A stretch of 64,000 nt of DNA, taken from an uncultured Chloroflexia bacterium. Its GTDB lineage: Bacteria; Chloroflexota; Limnocylindria; Limnocylindrales; CSP1-4. This document shows, piece after piece, positions 54,375 to 64,000 of this stretch; position 1 is the first letter of the stretch, and every line of letters begins with the position of its first letter. The translations under genes were made by a program, and so were the position numbers. The stretch covers positions 46,745-110,744 of the forward strand of contig CAWDAI010000014.1 in assembly GCA_963800275.1 (NCBI GenBank). Direction: 5' to 3'. The notes below the pieces were generated by a model. It made no database searches. It was not told where the DNA came from and saw nothing but the letters and a program-made list of their open reading frames with translations.

Positions 54375-54449
54375 TCCGGCGTAGCTCAGTGGTAGAGCGG
54401 TCGGCTGTTAACCGATTGGTCGTAGGTTCGAATCCTACCGCCGGAGCCA
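54375..54449 (+). tRNA. tRNA-Asn (anticodon GTT), CCA encoded
   Basis: Cloverleaf readable: acceptor tccggcg/cgccgga, D-arm agctcagtggtagagc, anticodon loop ctGTTaa, T-arm ggttcgaatcc. Confidence 0.85.
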
Positions 54450-54839
54450 TCTTCCCCTCGTGGAACGCCCTCTGTGGGCGACTCCGTCCCACTCCGGACG
54501 ACCCCGTCTTGATGCTGCCTGAAATGCTGCTCATGAGCTCGGTTGCGAGCGCCTCGTGCTATCGAGGCTGGCCAAGCGGACCGAGACACCCATCCCGAGG
54601 TGGCCATGGCGGCCTTCAAGGCGGAGGTGACCGAGGTGCTCCGACAGGCGGATCGCCGCAGCTACACCACGGCCATCGGTTCGCTGCGGCGGATCGAGCG
54701 CATCAGCGTCGCCCTGGGCCGGTAGGGCGAGTTCCGGGCGTACGCGGCGGCGGTCCGCGAGGACAACAAGCGCCGGCCCGCGTTCTGCTCGATGTTCGAC
54801 GCTGCTCGCTTCCCGTAGGGGCGTAGCCTGAGGGTAGCG

Positions 54840-55520
54840 ATGGCTGACTCCGAACCCGCCAAACTCAGGGACATCGCCGTCTTCTGGTCACGCCGCGACT
54901 CGCATTGCGACGGCTGCGACGCCGACCTGGGCCGCGGCAGCACGATCCGGCTCGACGGCGACAAGGCCTTCTGCCTCGCATGCGCGGACATGGAGCACCT
55001 CTGGTTCCTGCCCAGCGGCGATACCGCCCTCACCCGCCGAGCTCGCAAGCACTCGCGCCTCTCGGCCGTGGTCCTGCAGTGGAGCCGCAGCCGCCGGCGG
55101 TACGAGCGGCAGGGTGTGCTGGTGGAGCCGGAGGCGCTGGCGCAAGCGGAAGAGGAATGCCTCGCCGACGCCGACCTACGCGCCGCCCGGCGAGATCGGG
55201 CTGCCGCACGAGGCGAACGATGGGATGAGCGGTTCACCGATGACTTCGCGGCCGCCATCCGCTCGGGCTTCCCAGGCTGCCCTGAAGACGAGGCCCGGGC
55301 GATCGCGCGTCGCGCCTGTGAGCGGGGCAGCGGACGCATCGGACGGACCGAAGCCGGCCGGGCACTCTCGGAGGAAGCCGTCGAGCTAGCGGTCCGGGCC
55401 CACATCCGACACACCCACACCGACTACGACGACTACCTCATGCGCGGCTGTGACCGCGACGGTGCTCGGGACCGGGTGCGCCCACTGGTCGACGGCGTCT
55501 TGGAGAAGTGGGCGATATAG
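54840..55520 (+). CDS. DUF2293 domain protein
   Basis: The C-terminal block GSGRIGRTEAGRALSEEAVELAVRAHIRHTHTDYDDYLMRGCDRDGARDRVRPLVDGVLEKW matches DUF2293. The N-terminus has Cys pairs (CDGCD...CLACAD). Confidence 0.6.
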   Translation: MADSEPAKLRDIAVFWSRRDSHCDGCDADLGRGSTIRLDGDKAFCLACADMEHLWFLPSGDTALTRRARKHSRLSAVVLQWSRSRRRYERQGVLVEPEALAQAEEECLADADLRAARRDRAAARGERWDERFTDDFAAAIRSGFPGCPEDEARAIARRACERGSGRIGRTEAGRALSEEAVELAVRAHIRHTHTDYDDYLMRGCDRDGARDRVRPLVDGVLEKWAI

Positions 55521-55610
55521 AGACCGTCGAGTCCCCGGTTGACTCTGAACACTTCTAGAGATACTTTGTTGGAAGTGTTCAAAGATATGGCACGATCGAA
55601 CGGATAGCTC

Positions 55611-56792
55611 ATGCCGACGACCATCGAACGGATCTGGGCTGCGGACCTGACCGCGATGGGCGGGCGCCGGGACAAGCGCTCGTTCCGCTACCAGGCCTTT
55701 CTGCCGGACCGCATCGCGGACATCGACCCACGCGTCACGTTCGAGGCAGCGGGACTGGCGCTGCGCGCCGAAGACGCGATCCGCGAACTTAACGCACGGG
55801 CCGGAGGCGCCGGTCTCGAAGCGATCGGGCCCCTGTTCCTGCGGTCCGAGGCAGTCGCCTCCTCGCGCATCGAGGGATACCAGGCGACATCCCTGAACGT
55901 GGCCCGTGCACTGCTCGACCCTGCCGCAGCGCGCGGAGCCGCTCGAACGATCGCCCGCAACATCGACGCCATGCAGGCGGCGATCGCCATCGGTGAGCGC
56001 GCGGAGCTCACGGTCGACGGTCTGCTCGACATCCACCGCACGCTGATGCAGGACGAACCAGATGCGCTCCCGGGCGAGTTCCGAGTCACGCAGGGTTGGA
56101 TCGGCGGCCGTGCTACCAGCCCACTCGGAGCGGATTACGTCCCGCCACCTGAGGATGCGGTGCCAGGCCTCATCGATGACCTCGTGGCCTTCCTGGCGCG
56201 CGACGAGATCCCACCGATCGCGATGGCGGCGATCGCGCACGCTCAGCTCGAGACCATCCATCCATTCGCGGATGGCAACGGTCGTGTCGGCCGCTGCCTC
56301 ATCCATGCCATCTTCCGGCGCGCTCGCCTGACGCCGGTGTTCGTGCCGCCCGTTTCGGTCGTGCTCGCCGCGCGGCCACAGAGCTACGTCGGGGGGCTCA
56401 TCGAGTTCCGGAACGGCGGGATCGCGCCGTGGGTGGCCTCCTTCGCCGACGCGGTCGATCAGGCCGCGACCGAAGGTCTGGCGATGGCCACCGACGTGGA
56501 CGAGCTCCGGACTGAGTGGTTCGAGCGCAGCGGCCGGCCGCGCAGGGATTCATCGGCGGCGCGACTACTCGTCATCATCCCGGCCGCTCCCATCCTCTCG
56601 GCTTCGACTGCGAGCAAGCTGATCGGGGCGAGCCCCCAGCGGACGCTCGATGGCCTCAAGCGACTGGAATCCTCGGGCGTCCTGACCCAGATCAGTCGGG
56701 GGACATGGGACCGCCAATACGCAGCTCGGGAGCTGTTCGACCTCGTGGCCGTGTGCGAGGCGAGGATCGCCGGGGTAGCCCGTCGTCGCTAA
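55611..56792 (+). CDS. Fic family protein (Fic/DOC fold; AMPylator-type active site)
   Basis: Canonical Fic motif HPFADGNGRVGR, and a C-terminal winged-helix-like extension. 393 aa, no frame breaks. Confidence 0.85.
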   Translation: MPTTIERIWAADLTAMGGRRDKRSFRYQAFLPDRIADIDPRVTFEAAGLALRAEDAIRELNARAGGAGLEAIGPLFLRSEAVASSRIEGYQATSLNVARALLDPAAARGAARTIARNIDAMQAAIAIGERAELTVDGLLDIHRTLMQDEPDALPGEFRVTQGWIGGRATSPLGADYVPPPEDAVPGLIDDLVAFLARDEIPPIAMAAIAHAQLETIHPFADGNGRVGRCLIHAIFRRARLTPVFVPPVSVVLAARPQSYVGGLIEFRNGGIAPWVASFADAVDQAATEGLAMATDVDELRTEWFERSGRPRRDSSAARLLVIIPAAPILSASTASKLIGASPQRTLDGLKRLESSGVLTQISRGTWDRQYAARELFDLVAVCEARIAGVARRR

Positions 56793-57433
56793 CCGTACGG
56801 ATCTGTACGGGTAGCAGGAATGGAACACCCTTGGCGGAACCCTTCAACAAGTACCGCCCATGTGGTGCCAACCGGCAGCTAGCCGGTTAGCCGCGGGTTA
56901 CAGATCCCACCGCTGGCTTCTTCAATCCGCGCAACCTGTTGAACATCCTGGAGCATCGTCCTGGCTAGTCAGCTGGCTGCGGACGAAGGTCGGCTCCGAG
57001 GGGTAGCTCGGCGATCGGTCATGCGAGTGGCTGGCCTGCGAACCGTCATCGAGCTGCAAGGTGGTGCTCGGACACGCTAGCGCGTCCGCCCCGGAGCTGG
57101 ACCTGAAGCTGATCTTCGAGGACTGGGCCAGCGAGGAGGGTCAGCAGGCTGAGGTCGCCCGGCTGGCGCAGCTGCTGCGCAGCAGCATGTCCTTTCCGGC
57201 ATCAGAGGTGCCTTCCTCGCCGCTGGCCCGCGAGCGGCTCGCCCCGCAATCGGACGCGCCGTCGACGTAGTCGAGCCACGTGTCCGTCTGCCAAGGGCCC
57301 AGCTGGGACGTGCTCGGTTTGGTATCGCCGGATCGGTCAGCTCACCGACTTGTGAAAGCCGTCCTCCCCAATGTGGCCGAGCGGTGACTGACCTGGGTGG
57401 TCGAACAGGCCCGGTTCACGCTCAGGAAGCCCC

Positions 57434-57545
57434 TCGAGCCCGTCGGCTGTTAACCGATTGGTCGTAGGTTCGAATCCTACCGCCGGAGCCACCCTCCCCT
57501 CGTGGGATGCCCTCTTCGGGCGACTCCGTCCCACTCTGGACGGCC
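57434..57545 (+). repeat. direct repeat of the 3' half of tRNA-Asn plus about 55 bp of its downstream flank (att-like remnant)
   Basis: gtcggctgttaaccgattggtcgtaggttcgaatcctaccgccggagcca is identical to 54398-54449. The following ~55 bp match 54450-54505 with about 8 mismatches. The 5' half of the tRNA is absent. Confidence 0.8.
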
Positions 57546-57551
57546 CGAACG

Positions 57552-58152
57552 CTACGGGCAGGTGACCTCGAACGAGCCGGCGACGCTGGACCATTCCCGA
57601 CCGAAGAGGATCGCCTGGACATCAACGAACGACCCCGTCCCGGTCGCGGTCACCGGCCTGCCGTCGGGCACGCTGTAGTCGAGCTGCGTGGAGCCGTCGG
57701 GGATCGAGGTTCCGTTCGGCGGCTGGTCGCCTGCGAACCACACCTGCTCGTCCATACCCGAACCAAGCGAGACCCTGACCTCCGGCGGGCTGAAGACGTC
57801 ACCTTGCGCTTCCCAGCCGGGCGGCGGGAGCACGATCACGACCTCGGGGTCAGCACCGTAGTTGCCTGCCTGGATGTAACCGGCGGTGAAGATGCTGCAC
57901 TCGACGTCGCTGAACTCGTGCCGCTCGGTGCCGATCGTGACGACAGCGGTGTTCAGCTGGCCGACCTCCTGGGCTCGGAGCAGCGGTGGACAGAGCATCC
58001 GCCGTCGGGACCGCGGGGCCCTCCGAGGTGAGCGGCGCAGGGCTCGCGCCCGGCGTCGCCGGTGCATCCGAGGCTGAAGCGCCGCACGCGGCCAAACTGA
58101 TCGCCAACATAGACGTGAACGCGGCCACGCGCGTCATTCCCAACTGGCTCAT
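57552..58152 (-). pseudogene. secreted lipoprotein gene with one frame break (about 58000-58020)
   Basis: GGAGGTG precedes the ATG at 58152. The lipobox signal MSQLGMTRVAAFTSMLAISLAACGASAS is in one frame. The mature-domain C-terminus ...VVTIGTERHEFSDVECSIFTAGYIQAGNYG...GSFEVTCP is in another frame and ends at 57552. Confidence 0.5.
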
Positions 58153-58364
58153 GTGCCACCTCCAAGGTCGGCGACGCAGCGCCAAATCCTGACAGCTCGC
58201 TCGCTGCACGACGGGGTCAGGGTAGGCGCAATCTCGATCCAGCGGGCGGGAAGCGCCCATCCTCGGGGTCGATGAAGGCGAACATCGGGAACCCGATGGC
58301 GTTGGTCTACCCGGAATGTGCGACATCGACGGTTGTCGCGGTTGTGCACGACTCCGTCGGCCCC

Positions 58365-59616
58365 TTACTCGTCGAATGCCGGCGACACCGCCTCGATGTC
58401 CATGCGAGACAGCCCCACGTGGCGCGCGACCGATCGCCACGCTGCGACCGCGGAACGGACCTCGCTCGCGATGTCACGAGCCGCGGTCGGGGTGAGCCGG
58501 CAGAACGGCGCGGTCTCGCTGACGGCAACCTCCACATCGGGACTCTTGGCCGTAAGCCCGACAGCCACTTCGTGTTGCGACATCTCAGGCATCGGGTTGA
58601 GGTCATAGGCGGGAGCGAGGCGCCATCCGGCAGGGGCCCGCAAATCCGTGATTGCGCAGATGGTCGTCGCGATGGCCGGTCACGATATTGAACACGAGCC
58701 GGCGGAAGAGCTGGGCGAGATCCTCTTCGATGTGACCGGGTGCCCCGTTCAGGTCGATGGCCTCGGCGATCTCGGCGTAGGAAGATGGCTCACGGTCCCG
58801 CTTACCGAGCATCGTCATGGCCGACGCGAACAGACGTCGGCCGTTCGCCTCTCGGTCGAAACGACGCGCGAGGAACGTGTGGTACGGGCCGGACAACATC
58901 CGAAGGTCGACCTCCGGGACGTCGATCCCAGCGTTTGCAGCGATGCGATTCAGCACATATTCCCAGCCGCCCATGTCCCTGCGGTCGTTGTGCGATGGGA
59001 ACTTCGCAAACCACAGCGCACCTGCAGTATCAAGGAAGTTCGCCTTGGGACGGGCACCACCCATGGGGCTGCCGGGGGCCAGAAGATGCCGCAGTGCGTC
59101 ACGCATGGCGGACGGATCATTTTGACGTGGGTCGTCGACGATCCGAGCAGCCTGCTCCAGCTCCCGAAGGTCCGCGAGCGGCGGGACGAATCCGGACCGT
59201 CGTCGAGGAACGGAGAACTGCTGCCGGCGCGGAAAACCGTAGCGCGCCCATGCGCAGCGCATCGTTGACGCCGAGCAGATAGTCCCACTCGCCGAGCGGC
59301 CGGGGCCATCGGCCCTCTGCCCTTGCCTGGTCCTGCTCCCGATAGTCGAGCAGCAGTCGCCCCCATCGGTCAGGCGAGGCATCAGTGAACACGGGCGCGA
59401 GTTGGTGCCCCGGCTCCGGATACTGCGGCTCAACGGTCTGTTCGTAGTGGCTCGGGTCGAGCCGGAACGCGGTGGGCTCGGACCACCATTCCGCGGCGTA
59501 TTCGAATCCGATCGGGCTGTCGGTGCACGGCCGGCGGGCCGGAGTGTGCCGACGACGCGGCAGGGACCGAGGTCGTGTGCGTCGAGGAAGACGGTGGCAG
59601 CGTCTAGCCTCGACAT
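58365..59616 (-). pseudogene. hipA: HipA-family Ser/Thr kinase toxin, at least 3 frame breaks
   Basis: N-terminus MSRLDAATVFLDAHDLGPCRVVGTL (frame X). Then FEYAAEWW...RWGRLLLDYREQ...LGVNDALRMGALRF (frame Y). Then GGARPKANFLDTAGALWFAKFPSHNDRRDMGGWEYVLNRIAANAGIDVPEV...YHTFLARRFDR...NIVTGHRDDHLRNHGF (frame X). Then GWRLAPAYDLNPMP... (third frame). Confidence 0.6.
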
Positions 59617-59927
59617 CAGCGCAACGACCGCGAGGGACGCGGCAGGGCAGCGTCCTGAAGCTGGCGGCCAAGGACGTCGTCCCGGGCGACTGCACCGAGA
59701 TCGTCGATCAGCCCGAGAACGCCAAGCACCCGCACGAGCACGCCGAGACTGATACTCGTGTCGCCGCGCTCCAGGCGGTAGATCGTCATCCGAGAGGTGT
59801 CGGCGCGCTCAGCAGCTCCGCTGCGGGCATACGTCGGCGCTCTCGGGCAAGTCGAACCCGTGCGCCCAGCTCTGAAGCGGCGCGCTGTTGCCGTGGGTAG
59901 AGTGGCTTCGACTTCTTCATGTCTCAT
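59616..59927 (-). CDS. hipB: HipB-like XRE-family HTH antitoxin (N-terminal part may also be frame-disturbed)
   Basis: The C-terminal part ...AAERADTSRMTIYRLERGDTSISLGVLVRVLGVLGLIDDL is an XRE helix 3 plus dimerisation tail. It sits immediately upstream of and co-directional with hipA. Its N-terminal 40 aa do not look HTH-like. Confidence 0.45.
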   Translation of the reverse strand: MRHEEVEATLPTATARRFRAGRTGSTCPRAPTYARSGAAERADTSRMTIYRLERGDTSISLGVLVRVLGVLGLIDDLGAVARDDVLGRQLQDAALPRPSRSLR

Positions 59928-59933
59928 AGGTTA

Positions 59934-59954
59934 GACATAACGACTCGTTATGTC
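59934..59954. promoter_or_regulatory. perfect palindrome GACATAACGA-c-TCGTTATGTC in an AT-rich patch upstream of hipB (putative HipB operator)
   Basis: A 10-bp inverted repeat with a 1-nt spacer in a locally AT-rich 50 bp stretch (59910-59965) just upstream of the hipB start. Autoregulated TA operons typically carry such operators. Confidence 0.5.
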
Positions 59955-60077
59955 AATGTTATGATACACGCGCGTAGTCCGCAACGCGCCGGCGTACCTC
60001 CGTGGCCCGCCCGGACGCAGGAGCCGCCTCGCCCGTCCAGGGCGACGGCCGGGCCGAAGTCGGCGGTGCCAACCGTC

Positions 60078-60565
60078 CTACCGGCGACACGCTTTGCATG
60101 GCTGGAAGCCCTCGGCGAGCGCTGCCTCCGTCGGCCACCACTGGCCTTTCTCGCCTTGCGCGTAGATGCCGATGCCGTTCGGAGCCCAGGGCGGGCCGCC
60201 CCAGTCTTCGATCGGCTGGGCTCCATCGCTAACGAGGCGCAGGGGCTCGACGCTGTCGGCCAACAGCGGTTGATCATCATCCGGGTCAGCCAGTAGCGTT
60301 GGCCGTCCGGGGCGTCCCAGTAGCGGTTCGGCGACCGATAGCCGCGGAAGTAGGCGCGGTAGGTATCGGGATTGGCGGCCTTGAGCATGTGTTCGACGAC
60401 GCGGTAGGCGAGCGGATCCGACCTGTTCAGATGGGCGTACTGGTGCGGCATGAGCGGGCAGAGCTGGTCCACCCAGGGAAGCCGCTCGACCGACTCGAAC
60501 ACATCGTGCCTGACGCCATCGACATCGACGACCGTGCGCTCGTCGATGATCTCGAACCGGCTCAT
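60078..60565 (-). pseudogene. hypothetical conserved protein, frame-disrupted (N-terminal part in frame of 59948..60565, C-terminal part in frame of 60078..61376)
   Basis: The N-terminal 95 aa (MSRFEIIDERTVVDVDGVRHDVFESVERLPWVDQLCPLMPHQYAHLNRSDPLAYRVVEHMLKAANPDTYRAYFRGYRSPNRYWDAPDGQRYWLTRM) look protein-like and then turn into junk. A protein-like C-terminus ...IEDWGGPPWAPNGIGIYAQGEKGQWWPTEAALAEGFQPCKACRR ends at 60078 in another frame. Confidence 0.35.
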
Positions 60566-60595
60566 CGCACGCGTTCCGGACAGAGCGGCCCGTAG

Positions 60596-63500
60596 TCACA
60601 GGGCCAGCACACGTTGTTGCCTGGTGTGGCGGCGAAGTCGCCGGATCGGACGCGGGCGACCCACGCCGAGCTCGTCGCGAGCGGCATCGAGCTGCTCGTC
60701 GGTCCGGGTCGTGCTCATGCGGGTCGCCGCCTCGGTGAAGTACAGCGTCACCTTCTCGGGCGTCCCAGCCCCAGCGCGTCGCGGCAGGCGAGGGCGTAGA
60801 TCGACAGCTGCAGGCTCTCCTGGACGCTCTTCTGCGAGCTGGCGCCCGGTCTTGTAGTCGATGACCTCGATGCCACCGGACGGCAGGCGGTCGATGCGGT
60901 CGATCTGCCCGGTGAAGGTCGCCGGCGAGCCGTCGGGCATGCTCGATGGCCAGCTCGAACGGCAGCTCCTCCGGCTCGGCCGGCCGACGGACGCGAGCTC
61001 GCCCTCCCAGAAGTTGTCGAGCAGCGTGCCGACGCTGCCGCGGTAGTTCTCCTCGGCTGTCTTCTCCTCGAACTCGCCGGCTCTCCATTCGGCCTCGAAG
61101 AGCGCGCTCGAGGTCCTCGCGCGTCGGCGGCGGCTCGCCCCGGGCCGTGCGCTCGCGACGCTCCTTGGTGAACGCCTCGAAGGCGGCGTGGGCGGTTGAC
61201 CCGAACGTCAGCGCGCCCGACGGTCCGGCTCGACGGGATGCGGTAGACGTGCCGGAACGCGTACTGGAGCGGGCAGCGCTCGTAGGTGTCGATCTGCGAG
61301 TAGCTGAACGCGCCGGCAGGGGGGCGACCTCGAGCAGGTTCGCGCCGGCCCCGCTGTCGAGCGCGACGACCCGCAAGGTCAGCGGATCGAGTCGATGGGC
61401 GCGCGCCTCGTCGGCGGTGTCGGCGCGCGTCGCGCCAGCGCGGCGAACTCGCGGCCGAAAGTCGGCCGGGCCTGCTCGGCCTCAGGGTCCGTCGGCTCGA
61501 TGCCTTCGAGCAGCTCGAGCAGCTCGTTCGCGCGGACGCGCAGCGCCAGCCGCCGCTCGCGGGCGGTGGGCGTCGGCATGACACTCGCGGAGTGACGAGG
61601 GCGGCTCGGGCTCCTCGTGACGTCGTCGGTCGCGACTCGGCCCAGCCGGGCGTCAGCGTCACGCTCCGGCCGACCCGTCGAGATCCAGCAGCTCCGGACC
61701 GCGCGCCATCGCGCAGCTCGTCGAGGAAGAGCGAGGGGTCCTTCTCGCGGCCGGGCCCGCGATGGTCGTGATGACGAGCCGGTCCTGGGCGCGGGTCAGC
61801 GCGACGTAGAGCAGCCGGCGCTCCTCCTCGGTGTGGATGTCGCCCGCCGGCACGGCCTCCTTGAGCAGGTCCTTGGGGAAGAGGCCCGACGCCGTACTCG
61901 CGGGTGGGCCACTCGTCCTTGAGCAGCTGCGGGACGAAGACGTGGTCGAACTCGAGGCCCTTCGCCTGGTAGAGCGTCATGAGCTGGACGCCGTCGAGGT
62001 CGTCGCTCGCCTCGACGCTCGTCGGGCAGCTCGCCGCCGGCGCTCTGGTAGGCGTCGAGGTAGTCGACGAAGCCCGCCAGCGTGCCGCGCGGATGCTCCG
62101 CCTGCCAGTCGTGGGCGAAGCGCATGAAGTTGGCGATGTTGGCGACGGTCCGCTGGGCCTCGAGCGTGTCGAGCGCGATCAGGTCGAGCACGAGCCCGGT
62201 GCGGTCGACGTACTCCTCGAGCACGGTGAACGGTCCCTCGCGCCAGGTCTTGGCGCCAGCTCCTCGAGGGTGCGAGCAGGCGGCGGAGCTTGGCCCGGGT
62301 GGCCGGGGCGACGGACTCCGCCGCGTCTCGCGCGGCGGCCTGCGGCGCTGCGCCATCGCTCGCGGCAGCACAGGTCCGGCTGGGTGGCTGGAGCGTCAAG
62401 GCCACCGCCGCCGCTGCCGTTCTCGTCGCTCGCGCTCGCGATCAGCCTCGCGCCGGCATCGGCGGACCTCCTCGTCCGTCGGGCGACGCGGTCCACCTCC
62501 ACGCTCGCCGGACTCGACGACCTCGTGGATGACGTCGATGAGGTGGCGGTAGTCGTAGCGGGCCATCCGCGCGATCTGCAGGATCTCCAGCGCATCGAGC
62601 CGCCAGGGTGCCGCCGACATCATGCGGACCAGCGCCACGTCCTGGTGCGGGTCGGCGATCGCCCGCAGGCTCTGCTCGAGGTCGCGGATCTCCGGCGTAT
62701 CGAACAGCGAGAGGCCGCCGACGACGGTGTAGGGGATCGCCTCGTCGCGCAGGCGGGCGACGATGGCCTCGCGGTGGCGGTGTTTGCGATAGAGGACCGC
62801 GAAGTCGGACCAGTCGGGCGGCTCGGCGTCGGGGCGGCGGGGTCCCAGCCAGTCCAGGCCTTGATGCGGTCCACGATCTGGCGCGCCTCGTCGTCGAGGT
62901 CGGTCGGCGACCACGACCTCGACCGGATCGCCGGACCGCGCGTCGGGGCGCAGGACCTTGTCCGGCTCGTAGCGCAGCTGCGTTGCGCTCGATGAGCCGG
63001 TTGGCGACCGTGAGCACGGGCTCGACCGAGCGGAAGTTCTCCTCGAGCCGCAGCCGCGGTCGGCGGCCCGGGGCCGGCGCGCCGCGGGTCATGGGCGGGC
63101 GGTCCGCAGAAGCGCCGGTCGAACTCGACGAAGGCCGCGTAGCTGGCGCCGCGGAAGCGGTAGATCGACTGGTCGTCGTCGCCGACGACCATGACGTTGT
63201 CCGGTCGGTCCGGCGTGCGCCCGAGCAGCTCGATGAGCTCGATCTGGGCGATGTTGGCGTCCTGGAACTCGTCGACCAGGATGTAGCGGAACTGGCGCTG
63301 GTAGCGGCGCAGGACGTTGGGCTTCTGCTTGAACAGGCGCGTGACGAGGCTGATCTGCTCGCCGAAGTCGAGCGCGCCGCGCGTTGCGAGCTCCTCCTGG
63401 TATGCGCGGTAGACGAGGCGCGAGCTCGGACAGGCGCAGCACCTCGAGCGCGGCGCCGTCGGCGACGTAGGTCTCGGCGAGCGGCGTCGATGCGTGGCAG

Positions 63501-64000
63501 GTCGGGCGCGTCGAACTGGCTTCGCGAGGGGCGCGTGCCGTCGCCCGAGATCGTGCGCCGGGCCTCCCGGTCGGCCGACCTTCTCGACGCTCGTGGGGTC
63601 GGCGGCTGGCGTTGTCGTCGCCGGCCTCCTCGGCGCGCTCGCCGCGCCGGAAGTCGGCGTAGGCGCCTCGGACCTCGCGCAGCGGGGCGAGGTTGCCCTG
63701 CGCCTGGACCCGCTCGAGCGCCGCTCGATAGCTCCCGAAGCGCTGCCTCGAACGCCTGGCGCTCGCGATCGACGAAGGCGTCGAAGTCGTCCGGCGTGAC
63801 GAGCTCGTCCTTGGCCCGGTTGATGAAGGCCACGAACTGGTCGAGCCAGTAGTTGGGGTTGCTGCCGCCGGCGTAGTAGAGCAGCGGCAGGTTCGGCCGG
63901 ATGTCGCGCAGGAGCAGAACCTGGCCAATGCCATCGAGCACGTCCGGCTGCGCCGGCAGGCCGGCATCGGCGGCCGACTCGGTGAGGACGCGATGGCAGA
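60596..64000 (-). pseudogene. AdnAB/AddAB-type UvrD-family helicase with C-terminal PD-(D/E)XK (RecB-like) nuclease; multiply frame-disrupted; N-terminus beyond the window
   Basis: Across at least 5 different frames, in gene order: UvrD motif III VVGDDDQSIYRFRGA (~63150), ...IPYTVVGGLSLFDTPEIRDLEQSLRAIADP (~62800), motif VI region TLYQAKGLEFDHVFV (~61950), and nuclease motif GQIDRIDRLPSGGIEVIDYKTG (~60900). Confidence 0.6.

Noticed and set aside
57061-57270. ORF 57061..57270(+) (69 aa) between the Fic gene and the att repeat
   Set aside because: No start context, no family resemblance, and a size typical of chance ORFs at this GC content. It cannot be supported as a gene.
57434-57493. Second tRNA-Asn gene
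   Set aside because: Only the anticodon stem through the 3' acceptor end is present; the 5' acceptor strand and D-arm are replaced by unrelated sequence. It is a partial att-type duplicate, not a functional tRNA.
58272-58691. ORF 58272..58691(+) (139 aa)
   Set aside because: It is antisense to the HipA C-terminal segment (58365..58643, PAYDLNP motif on the minus strand), so it is a shadow ORF.

Overview
A 64 kb window of very high-GC (~70%) bacterial DNA with Actinomycetota-like gene content. Most long antisense ORFs in the six-frame track are GC-driven shadow ORFs, not genes.

The first ~38 kb is largely intact core and housekeeping genes: RidA (partial), glmU, a CNNM/CorC-type transporter, polyprenyl synthase, recO, glyQS, an NfnAB/SudAB-like flavoprotein pair plus ferredoxin-NADP reductase, ppdK, a MarR plus RND exporter, an LCP (LytR) protein, a Gfo/Idh/MocA oxidoreductase, an amino-acid ABC importer operon, an APC permease, a CPA1 antiporter and DJ-1/PfpI. 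It also holds a MarR-ABC-ABC exporter operon interrupted by an IS110-family element whose transposase carries an in-frame TAG.

The second half is accessory-like. A tightly coupled five-gene operon (sugar transferase, FemAB-like, ATP-grasp fused to a methyltransferase, ComA-like phosphosulfolactate synthase, ComB-like phosphatase) has the last four genes frame-disrupted. The conserved dnaG-rpoD pair is intact, but rpoD has two unusual insertions. An XRE/deaminase/ASCH trio and LemA plus a GIDE-like membrane protein follow. A tRNA-Asn gene is followed about 3 kb downstream by a direct repeat of its 3' half; the bracketed segment carries a Fic protein and a DUF2293 protein but no integrase. Beyond it lie a frameshifted lipoprotein gene, a decayed hipBA module with a perfect palindromic operator, and a multiply frameshifted AdnAB/AddAB-type helicase-nuclease.

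Three large intergenic GC-rich tandem or direct-repeat clusters (after glyQS, between marR and the antiporter, after rpoD) do not look like CRISPR arrays. Frameshifts are concentrated in accessory genes after ~39 kb while the long essential genes are intact. That pattern suggests real decay but cannot be told apart from clustered assembly indels using this sequence alone.
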